DNA of 64,000 bases from a bacterium (GCA_965202625.1 CBDBBI010000010.1:64001-128000), one strand, 5' to 3'. Counted from the first letter of the stretch, positions 10,422 to 20,181 are shown. Program-made: numbers and translations. Notes: generated from the letters alone by a model not told the origin.

Positions 10422-10583
10422 GTCGACCCTCCCTTCGCGCGAGAGGCGACGCGCGCGTCCGCCACGTTCTTTGCGAGCCGTGCGAATAGGTTTTGCGCCT
10501 CAGCGCGCCCGCGGAATGATTTTCCCCGAACTTGCCCCGCTTTGCTCAGCGTTTGGGCCGCCGCTTTGGCGAGGGGCACTCCT

Positions 10584-10944
10584 TTATGTGCGGCGGGCGT
10601 ATCGCTCCTGAGGAGGTGAGGGTGATGATTCTCTCGAGATCCGTCCTCTCGCTCCGCAGCGGCTTGCGCGTGCGAGAGAAAACTCATCTTTCGCGCGGCG
10701 AGGGAGGAAGGCGGAGACAGCGAAGATCTCTGCGTAGACACCCTCACGGCTCTGATCGTTGACGGCGAATATGGGGTCTCCCGTCTGGAAGTTCAACACG
10801 CCGGTCTCTGCCTCTCGAACGATGCTGGAGAAATCCTTCTTCAGGATATGGGGGAGTGCAGCCTTCGTGCGTTTTCTGGATGGCCGGGTTCACACTCGCC
10901 GCGTGAATCTCGACGAGGCTCTCCTCCGGTGCCGCTCTCGGCAT
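10584..10944 (-). pseudogene. remnant of MDR-family NADPH:quinone oxidoreductase/zinc-type ADH
   Basis: Fragments in different frames: ESLVEIHAASVNP..KTHEG and FQTGDPIFAVNDQSREGVYAE. Confidence 0.65.
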
Positions 10945-10959
10945 GGGGGGAATGCGCCT

Positions 10960-11535
10960 TTACGTGAGGTCCGCGAAGGGCCCCGCATCCTCATCTAGTC
11001 CCAGATAACGCGCGCGCACGTGATTCCACAGGGCGAGCTTTCCCCAGTCGGCGGTTTTGAGAACGCGATATTGCGCGTCGAAGAAGGGATTAGGAAAGTG
11101 AATCGTCATCATCTGTTCATCGCGCCCGTTCATCAACGTCATCGAATAGCTGAGAGGGGCGTGGTCCGCCATTGGCGGACTCGCGTAAATCCGCTGGAGC
11201 GTCGCCCGCGCGCATTTTCGCCACTGCGCTAGTTCGGGAGGGCAGGGTCGTCCCGCCTCCCCTCGGTGCGCGCCGATGCACAGGTGAAAGTGCCAGTCGC
11301 CAAAATCAACCGTGAGGTAGCCGTCCAAATAAGTGATATTTCTGGGCGGGGACTTCCACCCGCACTCGAACACGGCGCCTTGGATGCAAGGCCCGAAAAC
11401 GATCGAGTCGTAATGGTTCTCGAACAGGTCGCGCAGCAGGGTCTCCAGAAATTCGCGATCGGGCCGGAATTCCCAAATCGAATGCAAACTCCCGTCCAGG
11501 TGAGTCTCTTCACGATACTGCACGCTCGTTTTCAC
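10960..11535 (-). CDS. uncharacterised protein with HutX/ChuX-like motif pattern; last gene of the B12-riboswitch operon
   Basis: GAVFE...DGYLTV...WHFHL...SYSMTLMN..EQMMTIHF order; GGAG RBS before the GTG. Confidence 0.75.
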   Translation of the reverse strand: MKTSVQYREETHLDGSLHSIWEFRPDREFLETLLRDLFENHYDSIVFGPCIQGAVFECGWKSPPRNITYLDGYLTVDFGDWHFHLCIGAHRGEAGRPCPPELAQWRKCARATLQRIYASPPMADHAPLSYSMTLMNGRDEQMMTIHFPNPFFDAQYRVLKTADWGKLALWNHVRARYLGLDEDAGPFADLT

Positions 11536-11599
11536 TACTGTTCCTTCTCCAGCAACGTCCGTGCTCGCGGCAGCGGCGCATGAAGGACGCGCCGTTGGC

Positions 11600-12064
11600 T
11601 TACTTGCTCGCTCCGGGCAGATTATAGCGTATCGTCAGCACGAGCGTCTTGTTGAAATAGGGAAGGGGCGCCGCTTTTCGCACCGCCTCCAGTGAGGCGC
11701 GATCCAAAAAGGCGTTGCCAGACGTTTTGCGGATTCCGAGGTCCCGCGGCCGCCCATTCGGCAAAATCCAGAAGCTGATGGTGGACGTGCCCTCCGCTCC
11801 TGACGCGCGCGCGATGTCCGGATAGCGCGCGTGTCGCTTGATGCGTTGGAGAATCGAGCGGATGCGCGTGTTCGCGCCTGCGCGCACCCATTTTTTCGTA
11901 AAGGTGAAGTGCGGCGTTTCGGGGGGTGCGCCTTCATACAGATTCGCTTTTGCGGGAGGCGCGCTCACGGATGTTTCCGCCTCTTGGGCGGCGAGCTGCA
12001 CCGGTGCGATAAGCGCGAAGACCGTGAGCCATAGAAGAACTTGTGCGCGGCGTGCGTTTTTCAC
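11600..12064 (-). CDS. tonB: TonB family protein (short, C-terminal domain)
   Basis: YPDIARASGAEG, TSGNAFLDRASLEAVRKAAPLP; N-terminal hydrophobic segment. Confidence 0.85.
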   Translation of the reverse strand: MKNARRAQVLLWLTVFALIAPVQLAAQEAETSVSAPPAKANLYEGAPPETPHFTFTKKWVRAGANTRIRSILQRIKRHARYPDIARASGAEGTSTISFWILPNGRPRDLGIRKTSGNAFLDRASLEAVRKAAPLPYFNKTLVLTIRYNLPGASK

Positions 12065-12876
12065 GTTCGTCGTTCTCTCCCCGTTGGGCGCGGATGCTCC
12101 TCCTCCATCGCGCGCATGATGAAATGCCGCTCGTCTTCCTCGCCCACCGATAGAATGCGGGCGCGTACGTGAAACGCCCTTTCGATGATCTCTGACCGCA
12201 AGACGCTTCGCGCGTTTCCTTGCGCGAGGATTTTCCCCTCATGGAGCAAGAGGAGGCTGTCGCAGTAGCGGCTCGTTAGATTGAGGTCGTGCGCGGAGAC
12301 CACCACGGTGCGTCCCGCGCGCGCGAGTGCAAGCAGAATCCGCAGGATGTCGAGACAGTGCCTGACGTCGAGGTTCGCGAAGGGTTCGTCAAGCAGCAGA
12401 ACGGGCGTTTGTGCGGCCAGCGTCCTGGCGAGCAGGACGCGCTGGAGCTCCCCGCCCGAGAGTTCGCTAATCGCGCGGCTAGCGAGGTCTGCCGCGTCCA
12501 CGTCCCGAAGAGCCGTCTTGACCGCCTCGCGATCCGTCCTGGTTTCAGGCGCCAGCCTTTCTTGGTGGGCATATCTTCCCATCAGAACCGTCTCGTCCAC
12601 CCTGAAAGGGAAGGCCGTCTCCTGCTTTTGGGCGAGATAGCCGACGCGCCGGGCGACCTCTTTTCTGCTGAATGCGCCGATGGGTTTTCCATCCAGCCAT
12701 ATGGTTCCCGCCCGCATCGGCAATAGGCCCGCTAGGGCGCGCAGCAGCGTCGTTTTCCCTGACCCGTTGGGGCCGATGACGCCTGTGAGCGCGCCCGGAC
12801 GAAAATCAGCGGACACGTCGCGCAGCACCTCCCGCTCGCCGAGCGCGATGCGCGCGCACTCCATCCTGAGCCGCAT
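12061..12876 (-). CDS. btuD: cobalamin/iron-complex ABC transporter ATP-binding protein
   Basis: GPNGSGKTT, LSGGELQR, LLLDEP, HDLN; operon context. Confidence 0.85.
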   Translation of the reverse strand: MRLRMECARIALGEREVLRDVSADFRPGALTGVIGPNGSGKTTLLRALAGLLPMRAGTIWLDGKPIGAFSRKEVARRVGYLAQKQETAFPFRVDETVLMGRYAHQERLAPETRTDREAVKTALRDVDAADLASRAISELSGGELQRVLLARTLAAQTPVLLLDEPFANLDVRHCLDILRILLALARAGRTVVVSAHDLNLTSRYCDSLLLLHEGKILAQGNARSVLRSEIIERAFHVRARILSVGEEDERHFIMRAMEEEHPRPTGRERRT

Positions 12877-13910
12877 CAGAACGTCTCCGCGCGACGGCGG
12901 TTCTTTATGATCAGATAGAGAAAGAATGGCCCTCCGACGCTCGATGAGAGTATGCCCAGGCGTATCTCCTCTGCGGAGGAGAGTACTCTCGCGATGAAGT
13001 CGATCCCCATCACGAATACGGCGCCGGCGACCATGCTCGTGGGCAGGAGGCGGCGGTGGTCCGCCCCCGTCAACATCCTCACGATGTGGGGGACGACCAG
13101 CCCCACGAAGCCGACCACGCCCGCGACGGAGACGGACGCTCCAGCCGCGGCGGCGGCGATGAGGAGAATTTGCCTTTTCACCCGCGCCGTATCCACGCCC
13201 AGGGCCATGGCCGACTCCTCCCCCGCCATCATCAGGTTCAGCTCACGCCCGAAGAACGGAGCGGCGAACGCAGAGGCCACGAAAAAGGGCGCTACCAGGA
13301 ATACGTGCTCCCACGTGCGGTTGGTCAGGCCGCCCATGAGCCAGAACAGAATCTGTCGGCCGATCTCGAAATCGTCCACGCTGTAGCTTAGCGTGAGCAT
13401 CATTAGGGCGCTGGCTATGGAATTCATCGCCATTCCGCAGAGGATGAGCGTTCCGATCGGGGTGTGTCCCTTGTAGGTGGCTGCCAGGGAGACGAGGAAG
13501 ACGGACAGGAGCGCGCCGCCGAAGGCCATGAAGGGAACCGACCAGATCGAGGTCGCTCCCCAGCCGAGCGCGAGGGCGGTCGTGGCGCCCAGAGCGGCGC
13601 CCGCGCTGACGCCGATGACGCCGGGGCCGGCCATCGGGTTTCTGAAAAGACCTTGGAGCATTGCGCCCGATAGGGCGAGCGAGGCGCCGACGAGGGCGCC
13701 CGTCAGCGCCCGCGGAATGCGGATGTGCCAGATGATGGCACGCTCGTGAGGGAGAACGTCACTCTGCTCTGGAGCGCGCGCGCGCAGCTCGGTGAAGATG
13801 ATTTCGAAAATCTCGCTCCAGCCGATGCTCGCGACTCCGAACCGGACGCTGAGGGCGAGGAGCAGGGCGACGGCGACACCCATCCCCGCGAGGGCGGCGT
13901 GTTTTTTCAT
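12876..13910 (-). CDS. btuC: FecCD/BtuC family ABC permease
   Basis: IRIPR, QGLFRNPMA, GEESAMALGV, GFVGLVVPH; true start MKKHAALAG overlaps the btuF stop (ATGA). Confidence 0.9.
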   Translation of the reverse strand: MKKHAALAGMGVAVALLLALSVRFGVASIGWSEIFEIIFTELRARAPEQSDVLPHERAIIWHIRIPRALTGALVGASLALSGAMLQGLFRNPMAGPGVIGVSAGAALGATTALALGWGATSIWSVPFMAFGGALLSVFLVSLAATYKGHTPIGTLILCGMAMNSIASALMMLTLSYSVDDFEIGRQILFWLMGGLTNRTWEHVFLVAPFFVASAFAAPFFGRELNLMMAGEESAMALGVDTARVKRQILLIAAAAAGASVSVAGVVGFVGLVVPHIVRMLTGADHRRLLPTSMVAGAVFVMGIDFIARVLSSAEEIRLGILSSSVGGPFFLYLIIKNRRRAETF

Positions 13911-14773
13911 GGGCGCAGAGCCCGCGCCAAATCCCCCAACCCATGAACGATGTATTGGGACACGGCCGAGAATCGGGGACGGGGTATCTCGATGATCCTT
14001 TTGTTCCGCAAGGGAGCGTAGACCTCGCGCGAGCGCAACGCGCTTTTGATGCTCTCTCCCGATTTCGGGTCTACCCCCGTCACGATGACGTCGGGACGCC
14101 ACGCGATGATCTGCTCCGCCGATATTCGGCGCGTGCCTCGCACGCCGCGCGCGGCGGCCACGTTCTCGCCTCCGGCGAGGCGAATCATCGCGTCCAGCGA
14201 GGTATGACTCCCCGGCGTCCAGCCCCCCTGCAGAAGAGCAAGGACGCGGGGCGGCTTCTCGTCCCGGGGAATGCGGGCGCGAATAGCGCGGACCTGCGCG
14301 CGCGCGCGCGCGATGAGGCTTCGGGCCCTGTCCTCCTCTCCGATCAGCCGTCCCATCTTCTTGATGTTCGTGAAAACGTCCTCCAGGCTCTCGAAGGAGA
14401 TGAATTGAAAAACCGGAACCTTCGCGGCGCGCAGATGGTTGAGGAGCGCGGCGCTCGAATATGAGGCGGCGAACACCATATCCGGACGCAGAGAGATAAT
14501 GCGCTCGGGTCCGCCGCCGATCAGCGGAATCCCTCGCACCTTTTCGGCGACGTTGGAATAGGCCGCGTCTGCAGCGAGTTTGTGGAGCCCGACGATTCTG
14601 CTTCTGGGCGCGATATCCACGAGCATCTCGGCGGTAGCGAGCGTCATGGCGATGAGTCGCCTGGGCTTTTGCGCCGAAAGCGCCTGGACGGACTCTCCCG
14701 ACGCGAGAGGAGAGAGCGCGAGAAGGAGTATCCCCCACAAGAGAATTTTTTTATCCTTTCCGCCTGTTCGCAT
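13907..14773 (-). CDS. btuF: cobalamin-type periplasmic binding protein
   Basis: Signal peptide; PRRLIAM..ATAEML, ERIISLRPD, AGGENV, ISAEQIIAWRPDVI. Confidence 0.85.
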   Translation of the reverse strand: MRTGGKDKKILLWGILLLALSPLASGESVQALSAQKPRRLIAMTLATAEMLVDIAPRSRIVGLHKLAADAAYSNVAEKVRGIPLIGGGPERIISLRPDMVFAASYSSAALLNHLRAAKVPVFQFISFESLEDVFTNIKKMGRLIGEEDRARSLIARARAQVRAIRARIPRDEKPPRVLALLQGGWTPGSHTSLDAMIRLAGGENVAAARGVRGTRRISAEQIIAWRPDVIVTGVDPKSGESIKSALRSREVYAPLRNKRIIEIPRPRFSAVSQYIVHGLGDLARALRP

Positions 14774-14816
14774 CTCCCTCTCCTCGCGCGGGGTCATTTG
14801 CGGCGGCGCGCTCCCC

Positions 14817-17000
14817 TCAGAAAACCAGGTTAACGCCCGCGAACCACTCAATGCCGGGGGAGTTGTAATTGTACACAGCGTCGTAATCTTCGTCGAAGAC
14901 GTTGTTCACTTTTGCCTCAACCGTGAAGTCCTTGAACCTCGATTTTTTTGTCTTGTCGAACAGCGATATGCTGTCCTTGACGACGTCAAGAGAAAAAGCC
15001 AAGTCCACTTTTGTGTATCCTGCATTGTTTACTTTCTTTAAGGTGAATATATTCTTGAGGAAGGGAGTAAAATCGATATCCCGCTGCGTGCTCGTCTGGT
15101 TCACCCGCAGAGTAGTTCTGAGGCGATTCGGATGGTAGGTGATGGAGCCGCTCCACCACCAGTTGGGACGTCTGAGGAGTTCCTCTCCTTGCTCGAAACT
15201 CGACCCGCCCAGCCCGTTCTGGTCGTCCAGCACTACGGTGTCCAGTGTGTTGAAACTCCCGTATGCTGAAAAGTGATGGAAGTCAACGAGCGCAAGAGAA
15301 AATTCTGCCCCTCGCATCCGCACCCTTGATATGTTCTCGTAGTTTGTGCCGTTAAGAAACAGCTGTGGGCTGGACGCGATGAAGTCTTGCACCTCGTTTT
15401 CGTAGTACGTGGCGCCGAGTTTGAGTTTTTTGCCTCCGATGAATTGATCAAAGCCGATCTCCCAGCTCTCCTGTTTTTCGCTCTTGAGGTTCTGGTTTCC
15501 CACAGTGAAGGAGGAGCCGAATAGATCTAGGAAGGCGGGACGCTTGACTCCCTCGCCGATGGCGCCGCGGAGGCGCGTGCCGGTTCGCGGGAGCTGGTAG
15601 GAGGCGGAAATTTTCCCGGTCGTCTCGTCCTTGCCGACGTCGAAGTCGTCCACGCGAAACCCGCCCGCCAGTGTAAATCCCCCCTGAAACTGGAGCTGCT
15701 GGTGGGCGTAGAAGGAGTCGGCGCGCCGCGTTTCCTTGGAGGCCGTGGTGAAGGTGGAGGCCGTGAAGTATTCTTCCCTCTCCCATTCAAAGCCGAGCGT
15801 GGACACGGCTTGGCGTAGGGGCGAGAATCCTAGTTGCTTGCCTGAGAATCGGAGGTTGATCTGGTTGTTCAGGCTGAGCCTCGTCTGGTCCGTCTCCCTC
15901 TCAAAGGGGCTGAAGAAGGGGCGCGCCTCGTCCAGGACGTCCGCTTTGTCCTCGAACAGGGTGTCGTGCAGGTAGAGGGAGACGCGGGGGACGTATTCGA
16001 ACCAGCGGGTGGGTCGAAGCTGCGCTCGAAGGCCAATGAGCTGCTCGTTTCTTTTCTGATAGGCGTTGAGCTCCCTGTCCGTGAGCGGCGCCTCGAGGCG
16101 GTGGTCGGTGTTCGTCGCGCCGTCATTCGAGGTTATGTCGATCCTGTTTTGGTTGAAGTAGTAGAGGAAACGCGCCTTCGCCTTCTCCGAGAAGAAGTGA
16201 TCCAGACCGATCACGCCGACGCTCCGGTAATAGCCGTCGTTGGGAAAGCGCCCGTCGGAGTCGAGGCGGCTGAAGGTGGCCACATAGCCGCTCTTCTCGG
16301 AGCCTCCCTTGAGCTTGAACGTCTCCTCGTAGGTCGAGTGGCTGCCGAGCCGCAAGCGCGTCGTGAACGAAGGCGTCTCTCCCGGCTTGCCGAAGTCGGG
16401 CAGGAAGTTCACCACGCCCGCCGCCGCGTCCGAGCCGTAGAGGGGGCTCTGGGGACCCTTAAGCACCTCGGCGGTGCCGATCCACTCGGTCGAAAGGTGT
16501 GAGAAGTCATACTGGTCGCCGCTGGGAGGGGTGAGTTTGAAGCCGTCGAATAGAACGCTGGTGAAATTGGGCTCGCCTCCGCGCAGACGGAATGCCGTAA
16601 TACCGCCCCTGCCGCCCGTTTGCGAGATGAAGCCGCCCGCCGCCTCCTCAAGAAATTCGTTGGCGTCGATTGGTAGGAGGCTTTCGATTCGTTCTCTGCT
16701 GAATACCTCCACCGAATCGGCCACGTCGCTGATCTTCTCCGGAGTGCGCGTGGCGGTGATGGTGATGGGGTCGAGATAAATTTCCTCTCCGGATGCGGCG
16801 TCTTGCGCATTGGTCCGGCTCGCCACCCCCCACGCGATGAACCCCGCCATCAAGAGGAGGAGCAGACTCCGTTTGCGCCCGGCTTGGGGTCTGCTGGCTC
16901 CTCTATTTTGGGCGAGAGGAACGGGCAAGGGTGAACTCTTACGCCCGGCGTGGAGATTTGCGGTTTTTCGAGAGAATTCCTTCTTGATGCGACGTCTCAT
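14817..17000 (-). CDS. btuB: TonB-dependent receptor (BtuB-like)
   Basis: TonB box ITITATRT, plug EVLKGPQSPLYGSDAAAGVVN, C-terminal Phe; downstream of cobalamin riboswitches; AGGAGG RBS. Confidence 0.9.
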   Translation of the reverse strand: MRRRIKKEFSRKTANLHAGRKSSPLPVPLAQNRGASRPQAGRKRSLLLLLMAGFIAWGVASRTNAQDAASGEEIYLDPITITATRTPEKISDVADSVEVFSRERIESLLPIDANEFLEEAAGGFISQTGGRGGITAFRLRGGEPNFTSVLFDGFKLTPPSGDQYDFSHLSTEWIGTAEVLKGPQSPLYGSDAAAGVVNFLPDFGKPGETPSFTTRLRLGSHSTYEETFKLKGGSEKSGYVATFSRLDSDGRFPNDGYYRSVGVIGLDHFFSEKAKARFLYYFNQNRIDITSNDGATNTDHRLEAPLTDRELNAYQKRNEQLIGLRAQLRPTRWFEYVPRVSLYLHDTLFEDKADVLDEARPFFSPFERETDQTRLSLNNQINLRFSGKQLGFSPLRQAVSTLGFEWEREEYFTASTFTTASKETRRADSFYAHQQLQFQGGFTLAGGFRVDDFDVGKDETTGKISASYQLPRTGTRLRGAIGEGVKRPAFLDLFGSSFTVGNQNLKSEKQESWEIGFDQFIGGKKLKLGATYYENEVQDFIASSPQLFLNGTNYENISRVRMRGAEFSLALVDFHHFSAYGSFNTLDTVVLDDQNGLGGSSFEQGEELLRRPNWWWSGSITYHPNRLRTTLRVNQTSTQRDIDFTPFLKNIFTLKKVNNAGYTKVDLAFSLDVVKDSISLFDKTKKSRFKDFTVEAKVNNVFDEDYDAVYNYNSPGIEWFAGVNLVF

Positions 17001-17070
17001 GACAAGCCTCCTGGAGCGGCCCAAGCCGCTCGAAGCGAGACCCCCGAGGGAGTCTCTTGCGGAAGATGCC

Positions 17071-17210
17071 CGCAGGCCGGTCTTCTGGCTCGCGCCGATG
17101 GCCGCCCTTCATTCCTTCCCAGGAAGGTCCCGGTGGATCGCATGAAGGGCGCGTCGCTTACAGCTGCTGGGCAGCTCCGGTTTTTCACCGGATTCCCGAA
17201 CACCTGTGGG
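17071..17210 (-). ncRNA. cobalamin riboswitch (proximal)
   Basis: Minus strand: ACAGGTGTTCGGGAATCCGGTGAAAAACCGGAGCTGCCCAGCAGCTGTAAGC...CCACCGGG...CCTGGGAAGG...GAGCCAGAAGACCGGCCTGC (B12 box). Confidence 0.9.
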
Positions 17211-17375
17211 CTGTTTTAGCGGTGGAGATGCTCCACCGGTCGTATGGCCAGACTACGCTTTCCTTCGCGCGTGAAAAACGCGTGGTCCACGATTTTATGG
17301 GTGGGGGGGCGCCACGACGAAAAAAAAGGGTCTGCCCACCTCCCAATCCCCGAGGAAGTGCCGAGTATCAAGCGC

Positions 17376-17540
17376 CGCAGGTCGGTCTCCTGGCTTCCGG
17401 ATCAATCTACTCACGGCCCCTTCCTAGCAGAATGCGCCAGTGGCGTCGGCCGTTTTCGTCCCCGGTTACAGTGGCGGGTCCGCGCTGGATTTTCACCAGC
17501 TTCCCCGGGCTTTCGAGAGGAAAGCCCACCTGTTGCGCAT
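17376..17540 (-). ncRNA. cobalamin riboswitch (distal)
   Basis: Minus strand: CAGGTG...GGGGAAGCTGGTGAAAATCCAGCGCGGACCCGCCACTGTAACC...GCCACTGG...CTAGGAAGG...AAGCCAGGAGACCGACCTGC. Confidence 0.93.
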
Positions 17541-17552
17541 CAAAGTAGAATC

Positions 17553-17582
17553 ATTTTAACTCACGAACCATCTCTCGGTCAA
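17553..17582 (-). promoter_or_regulatory. sigma70-type promoter upstream of the distal riboswitch
   Basis: TTGACC-18 bp-TAAAAT on the minus strand, just 5' of the riboswitch. Confidence 0.55.
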
Positions 17583-17610
17583 GGGCCATCGCGCCGCGAT
17601 TGAGGTGCAC

Positions 17611-18114
17611 TCAGACGGCCTCGTATTTGTCGCGCGTGATGGTGTCGAGGTTGACGCCCTCGATTCGGATGAGGCGCGTCTCGCCCTCTCGCTTGGGCGC
17701 GTGGAACTCCCCCACGTCGTAGGCCTTCGAGACGCCGGGCGTCAGATCGTAGCTCCGCACCGCCTTCACCTTTCCCGGCGCGCCGGAGCTCGACCTCTCG
17801 ACGAGCTCGTAGTCCGTCATCGTGGTGGTGCCCACAGCCTGACCGTAGATGGCCCAGGAGGCGCCGTGATCGTGCGGGGGGCTTCCGCTGCCACTTTTAT
17901 GCACGTGGGCGAAGATGCAAAAGCCGAGCTCGGGGTCCTTGTAGAGAAGCGTGCGGGGGGATTCGTTGTCCGGCCCCAGATGCTCTTGGACGAACTCCTG
18001 GTTCACCAGGATTTTTTGTAGGTTGTCGCTCACCTGCTGAAGCCCCGCCTTGCCTGCGTCCCGCTTCAGGATGTCGTGGCAATCGGCGGCAAATCTGTGG
18101 AGTGTCTCGCCCAT
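17611..18114 (-). CDS. cysteine-dioxygenase-like cupin protein
   Basis: RTLLYKDPELGF...SPPHDHGASWAIYG...GEFH His triad. Confidence 0.8.
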   Translation of the reverse strand: MGETLHRFAADCHDILKRDAGKAGLQQVSDNLQKILVNQEFVQEHLGPDNESPRTLLYKDPELGFCIFAHVHKSGSGSPPHDHGASWAIYGQAVGTTTMTDYELVERSSSGAPGKVKAVRSYDLTPGVSKAYDVGEFHAPKREGETRLIRIEGVNLDTITRDKYEAV

Positions 18115-18232
18115 GATGCGCTCTCCTTTTTCGCTCTTTTGGTAAATGGAATAGCATATCACTCTACTGTGCCGGTGCGTCCTTTGCAAACAAATCCATG
18201 GGTGGACGGAGCCGCGTGATGATGGTCCGCGG

Positions 18233-18418
18233 CTACTCTTCGCTTCGCCCCCGATACGTGCCATTCCGCGCTCGCCATTGTCTCGTCATGTCGTCATGCT
18301 TGCGTTCGGAGTCCGCCGAGCGCATCTCCGCACCCTGAACCATGACGCGAATGCCGTAATAGATGATGAGGAGGCTGCCATAGGATGAGATAAGGCTGGG
18401 CAGCTCATATGGTGTCAT
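18233..18418 (-). CDS. small single-TM hypothetical protein
   Basis: GAGGAAG RBS and one hydrophobic segment. Confidence 0.45.
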   Translation of the reverse strand: MTPYELPSLISSYGSLLIIYYGIRVMVQGAEMRSADSERKHDDMTRQWRARNGTYRGRSEE

Positions 18419-18555
18419 CGCTTCTTCCTCGCGAGCTCTTGATTCTATTGAGGTGCCGCCCGCTTTGTAAATCCGGGGGCGATTTTTTCCGCGCGGTTGT
18501 ATGATGCGCTGAAGCCCCGCCGCCGCGCGGAGTAGGGAGGAAACCTGATGCGGAG

Positions 18556-19172
18556 GTGATTGTGATGGATACGCCGAAGCGGCGGAACCTGGACGTTTTC
18601 ACGAGAGTGGCGTCGCATTACGAGGGATATTTCAGCGACGAGGAGCAAAATCGCTTGGACGAGATGTCTGCGCGCATCGGTTTTGGCCCCGGAAAGTGGA
18701 TCGTTGACTTTAGCATGGGAACGGCTGCGGGAGTGGGGCGTGGGCGAGAGTGTTGAATACGTCATCGCCGACACGAATGCCCCCTCTGGCGGACGCGCGG
18801 GCTGACGCGGCTATCTGCCGGCATACGTTTCATCACTTGGAAAGGCCCAGAGAGGTTTTTCGGGCGATGATACGCTCGGTTCGGACGGCGGGACACCTCA
18901 TACTCATCGACTATCACTATCCTGACGAGGCGGACGGGCGGGACAAGATAGAGGTTTTTGACCGCGCGCGCGAGCTGTCCATCACGCGGCATCTCTCGCA
19001 AAAGGAGATGGAGGCGTATTTTCAGGAGGAGGGGATTCGCGTCGATGAGATCGCCCTCGGCCGGCTTGACGTGCGGTTCGACAAATGGATGGGTGAGGCG
19101 AAAGCGTCCGCCTACCTCTTCCCCCAGCTCAGAAGGGCGTTCGAGGCCCTGCGCGACCAGGGCGGAATCTAG
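18556..19172 (+). pseudogene. class I SAM-dependent methyltransferase, frameshifted with an internal deletion
   Basis: Motif I WIVDFSMGT, then VEYVIAD in another frame, then ADAAICRHTFHH...GHLILID in a third frame. Confidence 0.75.
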
Positions 19173-19305
19173 TATGAGGAAAGGGTTTTTGGGGCTGGGT
19201 TTTTTATCACGAGAAAGCGGCTGACCATCCTGGGATGCAAGACGGCTTGAGACGCGAAGAGGACGGAAGGAGGTGCCGGGGGGCCCGCCTCGCCTGTCTG
19301 GGAGT

Positions 19306-20039
19306 TCAGCTGAAATACATGCCGCCGTTGGCCAGAAGGGTCTGGCCCGTAAGGTAGCCGTTTCGAATCGCCAGCATGACGGTGTCGGCTACCTCTTCCA
19401 CCGCGCCGAACCGCCCCATTGGCGTGTGTGGGGTGGACACGCGGAGGTCTTTGGCGATCATCTCGGTTTCGATGAGGCCGGGCGCCACGCTGTTCACCGT
19501 GATTCCTTCTTTCGCCAGAGCGACGGCGTAGGCGTGGCCGAGTCCGTGCATTCCCGCTTTCGAGGCTGCGTAGTGCGGCCCGACGCGCCCCCCGGTGAAG
19601 GCGGCGTTTGAGGAGACGTTGACGATTCTCCCCCAGCGGGTTTTTCTCATGTTGGGCAGGACGGCCTGGATGAGCAAGAATGCGGACTTAAGGTTGACGC
19701 GCAGCGTGTCGTCCCAGTCGGCTTCCGTTAACTCGGCTAGAGGCTTGGCGATGGCGATTCCGGCGTTGTTGACAAGGATCGAGACGGCGCCGAAACGCTC
19801 CCTCGTCTCATCCACTAGGCGGCGGACATCTCCGGCGTTCGACACGTCCGATTGTGCGGGGAATGCCTCTCCTCCCGCCTCCTCTATCAGGCGGCAGGTT
19901 TCCCGCGCTTGCGCCGCGCGTTCTCGGAGTTCACCGCAACACGACAGCCCGTGCGCCCCAACGCCACCGCGCATCCGCGTCCGATGCCTCGGCTCGCGCC
20001 GGTGACGATGCAGACCCTGCCCTCAAGGTTTTGCGACAA
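19306..20039 (-). pseudogene. SDR/FabG-like oxidoreductase with a 1-bp frameshift near 19928
   Basis: The VTGASRGIG frame switches at VAVN to the RERAAQ...NNAG...YAASK frame; restoring one base gives VAVNYRERAAQ. Confidence 0.8.
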
Positions 20040-20181
20040 CCCGACGCCCTCCCGCAACGAGAAAGCCCGCATCCCTTGGGGAAGGGGCCGACCCCACCAT
20101 GAGCATATCATTCATCCATCGTCTTGGGGGTTGTGCGGACGAGTCGCCGCGCGCGCTCGAGAAATCGCGGCGACGGTTTCA

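Noticed and set aside
12876-14738. 620-aa ORF suggesting a fused permease
   Set aside because: The N-terminal half is an off-frame shadow of btuF; the real btuC starts at 13910.
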